64,000 bases of DNA from Dicyema japonicum. Its lineage: Eukaryota; Animalia; Dicyemida. The notes under the pieces are model-generated. The model did no database searches. It saw only the letters and a list, made by a program, of their open reading frames with translations, and was not told where the DNA came from. Within the stretch, counting starts at the first letter, position 1, and the number at the start of each line of letters is the position of its first letter. Where the stretch lies: the NCBI GenBank assembly GCA_011109175.1, contig RDEW01000012.1, positions 138,525 to 202,524 on the forward strand, written 5' to 3'. Positions 1-12,494 of the stretch are shown here, in pieces. Made by a program: the position numbers and the translations under genes.

Positions 1-252
1 GGGAAGATCATTCAAAAACAAATTAAAGAGTATTGGTGACAAAAGAGATCCCTGTGGTACACCATTGGGTAATAATCCCGATCTGGAACTCTTGTTTTCT
101 ACGGACACTTTCCCTCGGCGTCCACTTAAGAAGAACATTTGATTTTCATTAATAATCATAGAAACAAAAGACTATTCAATCATAAATAAAATTAAATAAA
201 ATTAAATAAAAATTTGTATAATTTTGTGGTTATTTACTGATAGTCGTGGAAT

Positions 253-1289
253 ATGCCCAAACCTGATAATCGTTTATCATTTATTCAGAATTTCATTTGT
301 GGAGGGAATGCGGGGGTTATTTGCCGAACAGTTTGTTCTCCTTTAGACGTCGTGAAAACTCTCCAACAGGTGGGAACAGCTGATGCAAGTTCTGGAATGG
401 TCAAAACGTTTGTGAATCAGTACAGAAACGAAGGAGTCAGAGCATTTTACAAGGGAAATCTAATCGCCTGTCTTAGAGGATTCCCTTATTATGCTATACA
501 ATTTGCCGTCTATGAACGATCTAAGCAAATATACAGCGGTCAAGGTTCTAAAGTGAGTGCTTTGGGGACCTCTATCTGTGGAGCAGTGGCAGGGATCTTT
601 GCAGTCATTACAACTTACCCACTTGATATGGTCAAGACTAGACTTACTGCTCAACATGCCGATTTGTCTAAGGCCAAATATAAGGGAATAATCGATGCCT
701 TCAGAGTAATAACCCGGGAAGAGGGTGTTCTGGCTATATATAAGGGAATGGGCACTTCTATTATTGGTAAATTATTTTTATACTTTAGGGGTCATTCCTT
801 TCACGGCTGCTACTTTTTTCGCCTATGAGAATATTCAGAACTTTTATGGGTCAACCAAAAACAGGAGTCCAATTTATAATTTCACTGATGGATGCTTAGC
901 GGGGGCGTTTGCACAGACTGTTAGTTTTCCATTCGACACCATTAGAAAGAAATTACAAGTAAATCACTAAATTATAATTCGAGGCACAAAGTTCCTTTAT
1001 TTCTGGGGGTGGGACTGATGTTGAATTTACAGGAATGATTGACGGTTTTAGACAAACTGTTCGGAAGTATGGCATCCTTGGTCTTTGGAGGGGGACTTTG
1101 GCAAACCTTGTGAAAGTACAATGTTTGTGGCAATTTTAGGTGGTACCATATGCTGGAGTAATGTTCTTATCATTTGAAGCCACGAAACGAGTATTCTTAT
1201 ACTCAAATGGATACACAATGAGTCCCCTTTGGCCTGATCCTATCCCTGGTGTGGACCAGTCTCAGTCTATTTATGACAAGAGGAAGTAA
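253..1289 (+). CDS. SLC25A43: Mitochondrial carrier SLC25A43 ortholog, 4 exons (introns 767-788, 959-983, 1116-1139)
   Basis: Three carrier repeats with PxDxxK motifs (PLDVVK, PLDMVK, PFDTIRKK). Removing the 22/25/24-nt GT-AG introns gives one open frame. C-terminus KRVFLYSNGYTMSPLWPDPIPGVDQS resembles SLC25A43 specifically. Confidence 0.92.
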
Positions 1290-1327
1290 TTACATTTAAC
1301 TTTTAATATTTGTTGGGTTTAAATAAA

Positions 1328-1340
1328 GTTACTAAGCAAC
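1328..1340. promoter_or_regulatory. RFX X-box-like site GTTACTAAGCAAC
   Basis: Near-palindromic GTTNC..GCAAC ending 4 nt before the ODAD4 ATG; a matching site lies in the same position before TUBE1. Confidence 0.65.
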
Positions 1341-1344
1341 ATAA

Positions 1345-3071
1345 ATGAGTGAAATTGGTAGTATTGCTGAAAAGGCTCCTGTTAGTTCGTATGAGGTGTA
1401 CAGATCAGAGGCTGAGGACTTGTATAGAAAGTCAATGTATCAGAAAGCCATTGACTCTTTTACAATGGTTTTCACTCTCATTAAATTGATGTAATAGGCC
1501 TTGGAACTTAAATCTGACGATCCCTACTGTTTAGTATCTCGAGCTCAATGTTATTTGATGAATGGACAAAACGAAAATGCTCTAAAAGATACAAATGCAG
1601 TTTTGGAAACAAACTCTGATTTTTACAAGGTCTACTATAACCGATAATTAAGGCCATATACATGAAGGCTGAGTGCTATTATCAGATTGGAAATTTCGAA
1701 ATGGCTTTGGTGTACTACCACAGAGGCCACAACATGCGTCCTGAAATTGAGGAGTTCTCTTTGGGAATAAAGAAGGCTTCGGAAGCAATTGAAAATAGTG
1801 TTGGAGGTTAATAACTTTAAACAAAACAGTCCCTGACGCAATTAGACTGAAAACAATTTCAAAGGGTGGATATTATTCCCAGGATAAATTCAGTGTAGAA
1901 TTTGTTGTATTACGTAGAAATTACCAAATATAATGGACACAGTTGGATGCTCTAAAACTAAATATGATGATCCCAGATTATCAAAACAGCTATTAGAAGA
2001 ACTTTATGAGGATAAGGAATATCTAGAGAGTTTATTAAAAGATGGAGGCATTTCATTTTTCTATTTAGATATTTGCTCTAAAAATTCAGAAAGTGGGTCG
2101 GAAATCACTAATTTGGTCACTTCATGTCTTCAATATCTTAACGACCGAGCAGACTTTTGGTTGCAGCACAAACCCATATACGCACGTGAACGAGAAAGAA
2201 GAATTTTATTGCAGGGAAAAAACGATGCATGCAAAGAAAAGGATATTAATGTAATTATCACCAACAAGACTTCATCCCTTACTAAAAGTATTTGTTTTAA
2301 ATTATAGTAGAATTCGAAAAGGGAAAATATGAGCAGGTTTATGACTCTGGTGTTGATTTATTGGGAATTATACAATCACATCCACAAGAGAGTATTAAGA
2401 ATTACAATCATGTCCTTGTCTCAATATATAATTTGATTGCAACCTCAGCTTTTGAGTTGAAATATTATATAGAAGCTGAATTTAACTTTACTCAACTTAT
2501 CAATTGCATGAAAAACGGGTAATTATATTTACTATAACCCATAGTGCTTTGAAAGATACCAAATCACGTGCTCTTGAGTGTCTGGTTATCTGTCAAATGA
2601 AAAGAGGAAAATTTAATGAGGCAATTGAAAAGTCTGTTCATTTTTATAATTTAGTTTAAATGAATTGCTAAAATTTGAAAAGAAGAAAGAGACTGGGAAT
2701 GAAACAGCCAATTATGTACAGGAGATTTGGGTCCTGCACGAGATAGCACGTTGTCATTACGAACTGAAAAACCTTGAAGAAGCAGAAAATTTGGCAAAAA
2801 AGTCATTTGATTTGGCAAAATCAATTTACAGTGGAGAATGGATGCTTAATAGTGCAGTAATCCTTGCAAAAATATCAGGTTGTTTTAATGAATAAATTTC
2901 CAAGAAAATAATAAGAGACATAATGATGCCGTAGAATATTACAATTCGGCATTGAAGCTTGCTAAGGCACTAAACGACAGTGTTGGGACAAAAATGATTT
3001 ATGATGCTCTTGGAAATTTACAAAATTCAATTGAGGAAGAATCTGATGGGGAAAGTACTAATGGTTACTAA
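1345..3071 (+). CDS. ODAD4: Outer dynein arm docking complex subunit 4 (TTC25), TPR protein, about 10 exons
   Basis: Spliced product has ALVYYHRGHNMRPE, KQLLEELYEDKEYLESLL and FWLQHKPIYARERER, matching TTC25. Introns: 1468-1497, 1630-1652, 1807-1829, about 1866-1918 (uncertain), 2048-2068 (GC-AG), 2288-2307/2310, 2519-2544, 2632-2654, 2879-2904. Stop at 3071, or 3105 if a 16-nt intron is used. Confidence 0.9.
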
Positions 3072-3239
3072 TGATTTAGCTGAAAATGAATCTGACAATA
3101 ACTAATAATTAATTTGATTGACACTATAATTATTAACTAAACATTGGCTTCCTATATCATCAATTTTAAAGAAAACAAAATATATTTGTTAGAAATCGTT
3201 ACAACTTATCAACTTGAGATATCATAACGGATATTCCAT

Positions 3240-4040
3240 GAAATACATAATGACATATCCAGAAAAGTTGGAATGTCCTATCTAAGGGTTCTGGTATGAG
3301 ATTAAAAATAGACAATTCGTCAAGGACAGACAGGATATATACATGACTGTCGGTTGATTAAGACCCTAGCTAGAGGAGACGTTTGCTGTTCGAATCAGAC
3401 ACGACCCTTAAGTTGGATATAGACGTTCGAGGGTGTAAAAAGTCTCGATAGCGAAAAAAACCGCTCAATCAAAGACATCCTTGATACAAAGAGTGGTTCC
3501 AGATTCAAGGTTTGTCAACATAGTCAACAGGTGGTATTAGAAAAAATAGTATTACATGGAAATCACATTGTGAAAGAATATGGGAAAATAAAAAAGGTAA
3601 AATGGCTTTTTGTACTCATCGAAATTGATTGCCACCAGTGATACAAGCTGCTTTAACAACGCTTAATGGCATACACTGTCGAATGTTTTCGAGATATCAA
3701 GACATAAGTTTATCTGCTTCTTGGAATCCCTTGCTTTCATGATTTCAGTATAAAAAACAGTATGCACAGCCTCTTCAGGGATGAAAACCCCACTGCTCCG
3801 GAATCAGAAAGTCATTCTCTTCTATATGTCTGCTTAGCCTTTTGAAAATGTTTTATTTCACTTACGCGAAAGAACATATTAAACTAATTGATCTGTAGCT
3901 TGCCGGATCTCTCTTTGGCTTCCCTGGTTTTGGAATCATCCTCACAACAGCTTTCTTTCATATTAAAGGGAGGTAGCCAAGTTGTAATCACCCATCATAA
4001 AGACATCGCAGATAGTCAAATAAAATATCCGGACCCTCGC
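3240..4040 (-). mobile_element. Degenerate LINE reverse-transcriptase fragment (same family as 57750-59200)
   Basis: Minus strand reads VRMIPKPGKPKRDPASYRSISL, EQWGF and LDISKTFDSV with stops and frameshifts. Confidence 0.7.
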
Positions 4041-4085
4041 CTATTATCATGAGGCGATTTCTCTCAATAAGCCTCATGATAGGCG
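4038..4085. repeat. Inverted repeat (hairpin) at the 5' truncation of the LINE
   Basis: CGCCTATTATCATGAGGC ... GCCTCATGATAGGCG; 11-bp perfect core, 15-nt loop. Confidence 0.8.
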
Positions 4086-4285
4086 GAACAAAATAATGAG
4101 TATTCTTTGAGAAAACGTTAAGAAGTACCAGTTGTTTGACCATTTGTTCATTTTATTTTGTCATTAATGAATGTTTAAATTTTTACTCATAAAATTCACT
4201 GATTATGCTGAAATTTCTCTGACGTTATTTGTGAACCTTACATTCTCATAAGTCGAGAAAATTTTTAAACATTGTTTTAATTTAA

Positions 4286-4597
4286 TAACCCCGGATACAC
4301 CGAGAAAGAAGTTAAAGTAAACAATTAATTAAGTGTATCCAGTTTCCACTTCCACAGAAACAGAGTCCATCCGGAATCAGAATAAAAGGTAAGACGTCCA
4401 TTAAATGCAGTTGTGGAAACCCCTCCAGTAGAGTGGGGAAGAGCAAATGATCTTTTTTCGTGCTGGCCTGGCACTGGGAGACACCTAGACAGGTGGATCA
4501 CATGACGCCACTCTGATAGGAATAGAGAGGAGGAACAGACAAGCAAGCAGAAAACTTCAACCAATTAACCACGCAGCACCACATGGTGCCACGCGGC
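4286..4597 (-). mobile_element. Short (about 310 bp) non-autonomous retroelement: hairpin head, body, LINE-type stem-loop tail
   Basis: Body and tail repeat at 9074-9219 and 48155-48424. Head repeats at 23020-23043 and 38477-38506. Tail GGATACAC..GTGTATCCGGGGTTA followed by A/T-rich sequence. Confidence 0.8.
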
Positions 4598-5199
4598 TTA
4601 TTAATAATCTGATATTCATTGTTTTGGAATGTATAATTTATAGACTTTGACTGGACATAATGATGGCATGCGACAACATCTACAATAAATTAAAAAATTA
4701 TTCAAAAGTTAATTAAAATTGTAAGAAATTAGCATTATGCGTCAGATAATTCAAATTAAACGATTTAGGTTTAGAGTCTAAAAGCATAATTAAGGAGTGA
4801 GGGCCTAGTTGCCGATTCTATTATAGAAACAAGAACAAGAGATTTGGTTCCCCTCTGTCATTATTTTCACTCTGATCTTTTTTAAAACTCTTTCGATCGT
4901 TAGCTTAATAATACTCATACAACTTTATCTTCTTATAGTAGATATAACCTCTCCTTCTTAATAGACTTAGAAGACTTCCAAATACTCGAACTTTCGATAA
5001 TAAAATAGAATAAATCAATATCCGGTTGCGAAGAGCCCTTGATTATTTTATGGTTTTCTAGTATTCAGAATTACCTAATCAGTGAGTTTTTCCAGATATT
5101 CGGAAGTGAGTGAATTGACGGAAAGATTATATCTTTCCCTAGGGTCTAAGTGTTTAAGCTTATTAAAGTGGTCGTTGAAAGGCCCTTCTTGAATTTATG

Positions 5200-7080
5200 T
5201 TAATAAGAGGCCATGGGCAGATCATATCGAGAATTTTGCAGACGAGTCATATAGGTCTGTAAGAGACTTGGGAACCATCGAAGCTAACTATCACGTGATC
5301 GATATGTTCGAATAAAGTCCTGTTCTTTGCCCGATGTTCCTCTCTCGATTCCACACATGTACGTATCGGGCGGCTATTTGCAGAGGTGCTTTGAGTCATC
5401 CTTGAATCTAGCCCCATGAGGACTTCCACAAGAGTTGGTCCTGATCCATGTTCCCCACGAGTCCATCGCTCCGTAATTCTGAACGGCCTCGTCTGCATTT
5501 CCTCCACTTTTCTTTTATTTGTATATGAGATGGAGGGTCCCCACGAAGCGCATGCATATGATATACATAGCTCGATGTACTGCTTGTATATGTTCTTGAG
5601 TACTAGGTGGGCATCGACCTTCCATATTACAGATAATGTCTTTAGAATATTAATATTTTTCGCATTTTGTATGTTTTCAATATGGGGTGATGAACAAAGG
5701 TCAAATGTCACTCTAATATCATCTGACATCTGTTGAAAGGGATATCGTCCTTGTCTACCTTCAAGGTGACTGTCCTCCTTCCAATCTTTTGTCCGAGGTG
5801 AAAAAGGGAAGTGATTACTTTTCTGCACTCATTCTAAGCCGGTTTTCTATTATCCAAACGTTTAGAGTATCCAAGTGATTTTGGATCCTCTCTATGGCAT
5901 TTGAATATCCCGGTCTCTTGAAGCCAAAACGATATCATCTGCATAAGAGAGAAGAACATAGTTTTCGGATTCCGGAGTAGGAGATCGGACAAAAATAAGT
6001 TAAATAATGCTGGAGATAACGGGGATCCTTGTGGAATTCCGTTAGGAAGTAGACGTGAAACGGATTTCAGGCCACCGAGGCAAAAACGTCTTCTCTTTCC
6101 ACTCAGAAAGTTGGTAATCCAGAGTTTGAGTTTTCCTGGGATCTCCGATTGGAATATTTTTCTGGATAATATCCTCCTTGAGACGGAGTCAAATTCCTTA
6201 TGGAAGTCCACTGAACAGAGCAATGTTTTTAGATGCCTCCGCTTGTAAGACAAACCATCCCGAATGAAGTTGGTCAAAGTTTGTAAATGGGTGGACGTAG
6301 ATCTTTCATTTTAAAGCCACACTGACGCTAGGTCCTCCTTTGGTTTCCTTGGTTTGAGAATTGGGCGAATGTACGTCTGCTTCCAAATTAATGGTGTTAC
6401 GTTTTGATTAACCGATGGCCGTAAGGAAGGTGATTCCTCCATCTCCAATTTTCTTTAACTGGATCATCGGGATGTTATCCAGGCCGTGGGAATATGTTGT
6501 TCTGGAGAAAAGTAATTATTCCTTCACTTCCTTCTCCGAGAGGTAGATAGTGTCTGACATCCTTTTCAGCTTCCTTCGTGATCGGACTTTTTGTAATCTT
6601 TGGATGATATCTTGGCGTAGAATTTTATAATCATATTGACATCTCTCTGAGTGTAGTCTTCAAAAGGTGAAACTTCATCACCCTTTGCCACATTCCGAAT
6701 TGCTTTCCATACTTCTCTGGTGGAGCTATTTCGATCCAGTTTCGTAAGTACTCGGTTCCACTTCGCTCTTTGGGGTTTTAGCTATTTTGCCTTTATTTCG
6801 TTGCGGTGTTAAGGCAAAGATAGTGATTTAGCATCCGAAATTGAGCGGTTTAAATAAGCGACTACTCTGTCTATAAAAGTACTGCCATCTAGGTAAAGGT
6901 ACTGTAGTATGCTGTCGGTAAGAGCACGGTAAAATTTCCATTCTGCAGTTAAATTGATGTGTAACCTCGTCTCAGTTAAGGTTTCTCTCTTGATCTTCAG
7001 AAGAATAGCATTGTGGTCACTCCTTGAGTTGTAAGTAACAGACCAGGTCGATGAACTGCAGAGATGTGTGAGGAGGGAAG
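5200..7080 (-). mobile_element. Ingi/Vingi-like LINE, degenerate (endonuclease end, RT, C-terminus)
   Basis: SDHNAILL, DFHKEFDSV, KLWITNFLSG, PNGIPQGSPLSPALFNLFLSDL, YACASWGP; frameshifted. Confidence 0.8.
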
Positions 7081-7089
7081 TTATATAGA

Positions 7090-7185
7090 GAAAACTGGTT
7101 AAAAAGATGACAAAGAGCATTGCACAAGCGGAACCCTAAGTATTATATGCTTATGTGTAAAGCGTTAGTGCCTTTAACTAACTAT
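7090..7185 (+). mobile_element. RTE 3'-end remnant
   Basis: KLVKKMTKSIAQAEP* and GCGGAACCCT resemble the RTE end near 12920-12945 and the SINE tail near 44958. Confidence 0.45.
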
Positions 7186-8319
7186 TCATAGTGACTTCAG
7201 AATATGGAGGTCTAGACCCGATATAATTAGGTGTCATAGATTTCATTGGGCTATTAAGCAAAGATTTCAAATTGCCACAACACTCTTTGTAAAAATGCGT
7301 TTGAGTGTATAGAGAATTTCTTAAGCATCTTTATTGATTTCCATATGTAGAGGATGGTTTTTTGTGGTTTTTCTTAGAACAATAAATAATAATAACAATT
7401 CATTAACAAAAAAGTTTATTGGAAAGGTTTTGTATAAGTTTTTCACGATTTCATTATTTAGTTCTGAAATTCTGACATCAGTTGATTGTCTTCCAAAGTC
7501 TTTCAATTTGTTTTTCTTTATGTTTAGGGTTCTGTTTCTACTTAAAAGCCTTGAAATTGACTTGAATTTTTTTCGATGATTAACTATCCCATCAAGTTCC
7601 CTGACAGCAGCATCGATCGAAAAAGAAATCTTCTACCGAGAAGCAATGAAAGTAATGTTCAATAAAGGATGTGGTGGAGACAAGACAGGTTGTAAGAATT
7701 TGATAAATAGTCTTTGGTGTATGAATAAATTTTCGTGGAATTCTCAGAATGATTTAGTTACAGTCGTAAGTTTATTTAACATCCCAAGAGATGGGATGGA
7801 TTGAGTGTGAAATGTCTGATGACTCATATAATTTGATTGATATTCCATGGCGTCCTGGTATTATTGCTGGTACGGACACCTATATTTTCTACAAGAATAT
7901 TAATACGCGAATGCCAAGAATTATTGAAGAAAATGTTTTTAAATTATTATGTATTGAATACTTCTATTGGGTATTGGTGGTATTTACCCAATTCTTGTGG
8001 GAGACTGTAATGCAAAACACATTGCTTATGGATGTGTGAAAACTAATTCAGACGGTAAATGTTTATTAGAAATTATGAATCCAAAAATTTAGAGGTTTTT
8101 GCGTCTAAGAACTTAATCATTTTCAACAACAGATCGTTGATGGATATTTTCGTTATGCATAAAACCTTAGTTTGTTGAGCGGATTAATGATATAGAAAAT
8201 GATCATTTGCCTCATACTATCGAAACTGCGAACGATACTCGTTTTTACATATGAAATATTTCTATAATATAAACAAAATTTATTGGGCTCAATTTAAATT
8301 TTATATTACTATTTATTTA

Positions 8320-8800
8320 ACCCAAGACCACGGTAAAACCAAACTAATTATCACGTTCTAACAGATACCTCATCTTTGCCCGGTGTACTTCCTTCGTGCC
8401 CGCGCATGAACGTACAGGACGGCTGCCTGAATTTTCAGGGCCACCTTCCCGTGATCTGGAATCTAGTCTCATAAGGGCCTTCAGAGGCGTAGGTCCGGTT
8501 CGGTAATCTTCACAAATCCAACGCTCTGTTACTCTGTAAGCCCTCTTTTGCATTTCCTCAATTTTCCTCATATTTGTCCAAGATATGGACGGTCCCCACG
8601 AAGCGCATGCATATGAGAAACATGGCTCGATGTATTGTTTTTACACGTTCATCAAGACTGGGTGAGTACCACTCTTCCATATTCCCGATAAATTTTTCAA
8701 TACGTTCAATTTCTTCTCGCATTTCAATAGAATATTGTCTACGTGGAGTGTCAAACAGAGATGCATATCAATTGTCACACTATGAAATTGGAGAATATTC
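8320..8800 (-). mobile_element. 3' fragment of the 5200-7080 LINE family with tail
   Basis: KIEEMQKRAYRVTERW parallels KVEEMQTRPFRITERW in ORF 5247-5828; tail GTGATAATTAGTTTGGTTTTACCGTGGTCTTGGGTTAA also seen at 35660-35695. Confidence 0.7.
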
Positions 8801-9073
8801 AGGAATTAAAAATTTTAAATTGGATGAAAAAATATTAAATGTTATATTATGTTACTCTGCTAATTATGGGAGGAGATTTTTTTCTTCCCATAAAAACAAA
8901 TTAATGAATGCAAGCAATGTCGTTAGCGTTTTGAAAAGAAGAATTTGGAAGGTAAGCTAAGACTATGTTGGATCCGCGAGATTCTTGATGTTTGAAAGAA
9001 TGGATAAAGATGATAAAGAAGTTATTGATGGAAGTTATCAAAGCTTATAGAAGAGGAGATGGTATAACGAATG

Positions 9074-9219
9074 TTTGCTCTCCCCCACTCCACTGGAGGG
9101 GTTTCCACAACTGCAAATTCCGGATGGACTCTGTTTCTGTAGAAGTGGAAACTGGATACACTTAATTAGTTGTTTACTTTAACTTCTTTCTCGGTGTATC
9201 CGGGGTTAATAAATAAATA
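9074..9219 (+). mobile_element. Truncated copy of the 4286-4597 element
   Basis: Near-identical CCACT.CACTGGAGGGGTTTCCACAACTGCA ... GGATACAC..GTGTATCCGGGGTTAATAAATAAATAA. Confidence 0.85.
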
Positions 9220-9514
9220 ATGTTTTAAACTCCATCGTAATAATCCATTTTGTAACTTTGTCCGATGATCCATAAGAAGGGAAAGTTAGTTTAAATCTAA
9301 AAAGTATAGGCAGATTAGCCTTATATGTAGTATCTCAAAAATCATGGGAAAATTATTTTCAACAGATTTTTCAAAATATATTAAAGGCAAAAGTTTTTAT
9401 CTCAAACTGACAATAGTTGGATACCATGAAAAAGACCGAATATAGTATTGATACCATGAAAGACCGGATATACGTATTATTCATGACCCCGTAATAAGAG
9501 AATTGTCAGAACAG

Positions 9515-10860
9515 CAAATGGAATTACGTTCGAAACTGGGAAGTTCAAATTCGAATAAAGTGCATTAAAGAGAAAACGTAATCAAATATCACATTTGATA
9601 AGAAAACGATCGAATGACCTCTGGCACAAATATTTGGACGATAAGGTGATTGAAATTGAAAACTATGGAAAACGAATGTTTTCTGCTGTTAAATTAATAC
9701 ACGAGGAACTGCGAAAAAGCCGCTGAAAATCTGCGACAACGTGGGTTATTATTTACAAAACCCAGAGTATAAAATAAACCATATTGCCAAACACTTCGAG
9801 GCACAGTTTAATTCAGTTGGAGTGAATATACCTAAATTTATTGGAAATCCAAGACCTCTTACAAACAAAATTACAATAATAAAGTAACAAATGCATTCAT
9901 ACACCTAAGCTCGCTATGATGGCATGATAGCATCCCGGGCGAGTTACTAAAACATGCTCCAGTTATTGTTGGGAATATAATCACGGATATATTAAACGAA
10001 TCGATGGAACTTAACTGTTCACTTCCATTGGACATGGAGTCTTAATTCCGATATACAAACCTGGGAAAGAGGGATCGCTAGATGGATTAAGGCCTATTAT
10101 TCTACTGTCAACTATCAGGAAGACATTATTGATCATAGTTCTTATCTGTATACGAGAGTCAGTAGAAAAATACCTTTCCCAAATTCAAAGTGGGTTTAGA
10201 AGTGGAAGGCCTACCTCAGATATCATGTGGAGTCATCGATGGCTTACATCAATATGTCAAAACTACAGGAAAGTCATCTACATCCAAGGAATTGACCTAA
10301 CGAAAGCTTTTGACAGCATCAACAGAGAAAAACTCATGGATATTCTACAGGAACTGCATGACAAGGACTGCCTGAGACTAATAAGTCTATTACTTTCTGA
10401 AACTGTTCTATCCGTGAAAATAGGAACTAAGCACTCAAAGAGTTTCAGTACCAACATGGGCACCCACACAAGGGGATTCCATATCCCCAGTTCTATTCAT
10501 CATATACCTCGAAGCTGCTCTCAGGGAACTGAGAAAGGAAATAGGTTATAAATACGAAGATATAATTGAATTGTTATAAGCGGATGATGTAGACTTTGTA
10601 TGTACTGACCAGAAAAGCCTACGTGACCAAATTTTAGTCCATGCAGAAATTCTTTTGAATAAATGGAACCTGTGTATAAAGATTACAAAATCGAATCGAA
10701 CGAGCCAAGTCAAGAAATGACGAACTCTGGAGACAAACAAAAAAAACTCGGCTCACTACTAGGTGACGCCGAGGATATCTGTCGAAGAAAAATGCTGGCA
10801 ACCATAAACTTCAAAAAATGTAAACATTTGGATGAAAAAGAGGCATGTATAACTGAATTA
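9515..10860 (+). mobile_element. RTE-clade LINE, 5' part (continues at 12495-12960)
   Basis: QSGFRSGRPTSD, IDLTKAFDSINR, YADDVDF, KKLGSLLGDAED; homologous to 53790-56755. Confidence 0.8.
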
Positions 10861-10899
10861 TTTTTAAATAAAAAAACTCCCCACTAAATCATTATGAGT

Positions 10900-12494
10900 C
10901 AGGTATTTTTCCACTGAGTCTTAGTTACGAGAAAAAAATTGAAATTGCTTGACTACTCCTGAAAAATCATTCACATAGAGTATTTGCTCGGAAACAGAAA
11001 CGAGCATTGGCACAATAGCTCGAATAAAAAGAACGATTATGCAGTACTTTACCCGTGGGAACATTATTTCAAATTTTCGAACTCAAAAACTGACGATATT
11101 TTTAAAACTTTGGATATTAAAGTTCTCGACACTTTTCAACAATTACGACTCCAAATATTCCAGTTTCTGGCCCTCTTATTAAAAAATTGGTAATTTTGCT
11201 TTTTCTTACATCTTAAGGTATGAAAATTGCAACTAAATTGAACTTTACAAGCTATAAAGCATCGAATGGACGGCTAATGAATTTAAAAAAGACATGAACT
11301 CAAATTCAAATTCCTTATGGGCTAAAAAAAACTCATGCACTCGTGATGGAATTCAATCCTTTTTGAAAGTTTTTTATGAAAAAATTGATGAATATGGAAA
11401 AATAATTTTTTCAATCTTGATGAAACTTGTTTTTTATAAAAAAATAAATAAATAAAACCCCAAAAAATCATTTGTACAAAACATAAAAATTCGTCAGGGT
11501 CTAAAATAATTAAGGAAAAAATTTATTTGTTCTTCTGTTGCAGTTATTCATTTGTTGTTCATTGATGACCTAAAGATATTTGGGCTAAAAGAAGATACTG
11601 TTATTAAAATGATGAAAGTTGCTCGCGATTTTTTTCATGTTACCGGCTTGGAGATGAATTCGGAAAAGTCACTTTCTAATGTTAAATCGTTAGCATGTTG
11701 TGAGACTCTGAAAGGAGTCATTGGATATCGATATTTGGGTGTTTTTGAAGACGAGGGAAGTAATGTTCTTAAAAGCAAAGTCATGGAGTCCATACTTGAA
11801 AATGTTAAGAAGAGAATAAACATGATTTCAAAAACAAAGTTAAATTCTGTGAACTTATTTCGTGCAATAAATGAATACGCAATGTCCCTAACTATTATAT
11901 AGGATTAATTAATATTGAACCTTATGAATTTGATGATATTGACCAACAAATACGGCAAAAAATTTTAATCCTTCTTGACAACGCTTCGTGTCATGAAGAT
12001 AAATGCTAATCAAATATCGAATTGCTTTTTTCTTGAAATAATTAAAAATTGCTGGGATAATACTTCGGCAATGAAATACCTGTTGTGTCTGATAATCTGA
12101 CGGATGATGTTATAGAACAAATTGTAAACGAAGTTTTGGAAAGTCCGGAAAGCAGCGATAATGAAGAAATTTTGAATATTAGTATGCAAAATAATTAGAC
12201 GACGATCAAAGAAGTAGTAAAAAATTAATGAATTGGAAGAATCAGTTATAGATATTGCTAAGTTCGTTAAAGGATTTTTACTGCTTCAGACAAAATTTAT
12301 TCAGTAGTTTGAAGAAAAACTATGGATATGGAAATAGAATTGATGATTTTTTTAATTTATAATGATTTTTAAGACTTTCTTGAATAATTAAATTATTAAA
12401 ATTATATTGGTGTTAAATTTTTTTGACAGAACCTCGGTTTTTGAAACAACCTCAGTTTTCGGAACACTTTGTGTTCCAAATCGAGGTCCGACTG
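10900..12494 (+). mobile_element. pogo/Tigger-type DNA transposon, degenerate, right TIR preserved
   Basis: YKASNGRL (CENP-B-type HTH), IFNLDETCFFYK, ILILLDNASCH; ends CGAGGTCCGACTG followed by TA. Left TIR not found. Confidence 0.75.
11545..11955 (+). mobile_element. R4/Dong-like (RLE-type) LINE RT fragment nested in the pogo element
   Basis: HLLFIDDLKIF, YRYLGVFE, KLNSVNLFRAINEYA; same family as 22680, 27340 and 32400. Confidence 0.75.

Noticed and set aside
4325-4564. Small ORFs in the short element (4325-4564 and 48206-48388)
   Set aside because: The two copies use different frames over much of their length and show no recognisable domain; likely incidental.
7600-8200. Merlin-like transposase relic (also near 36770)
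   Set aside because: Only faint motif similarity (RPGIIAGTD; VQxDESF); not enough to call.
11545-11955. Whole window being microsporidian or protist DNA
   Set aside because: A protocadherin and dynein-arm docking gene indicate a ciliated animal; only this LINE family has that resemblance.
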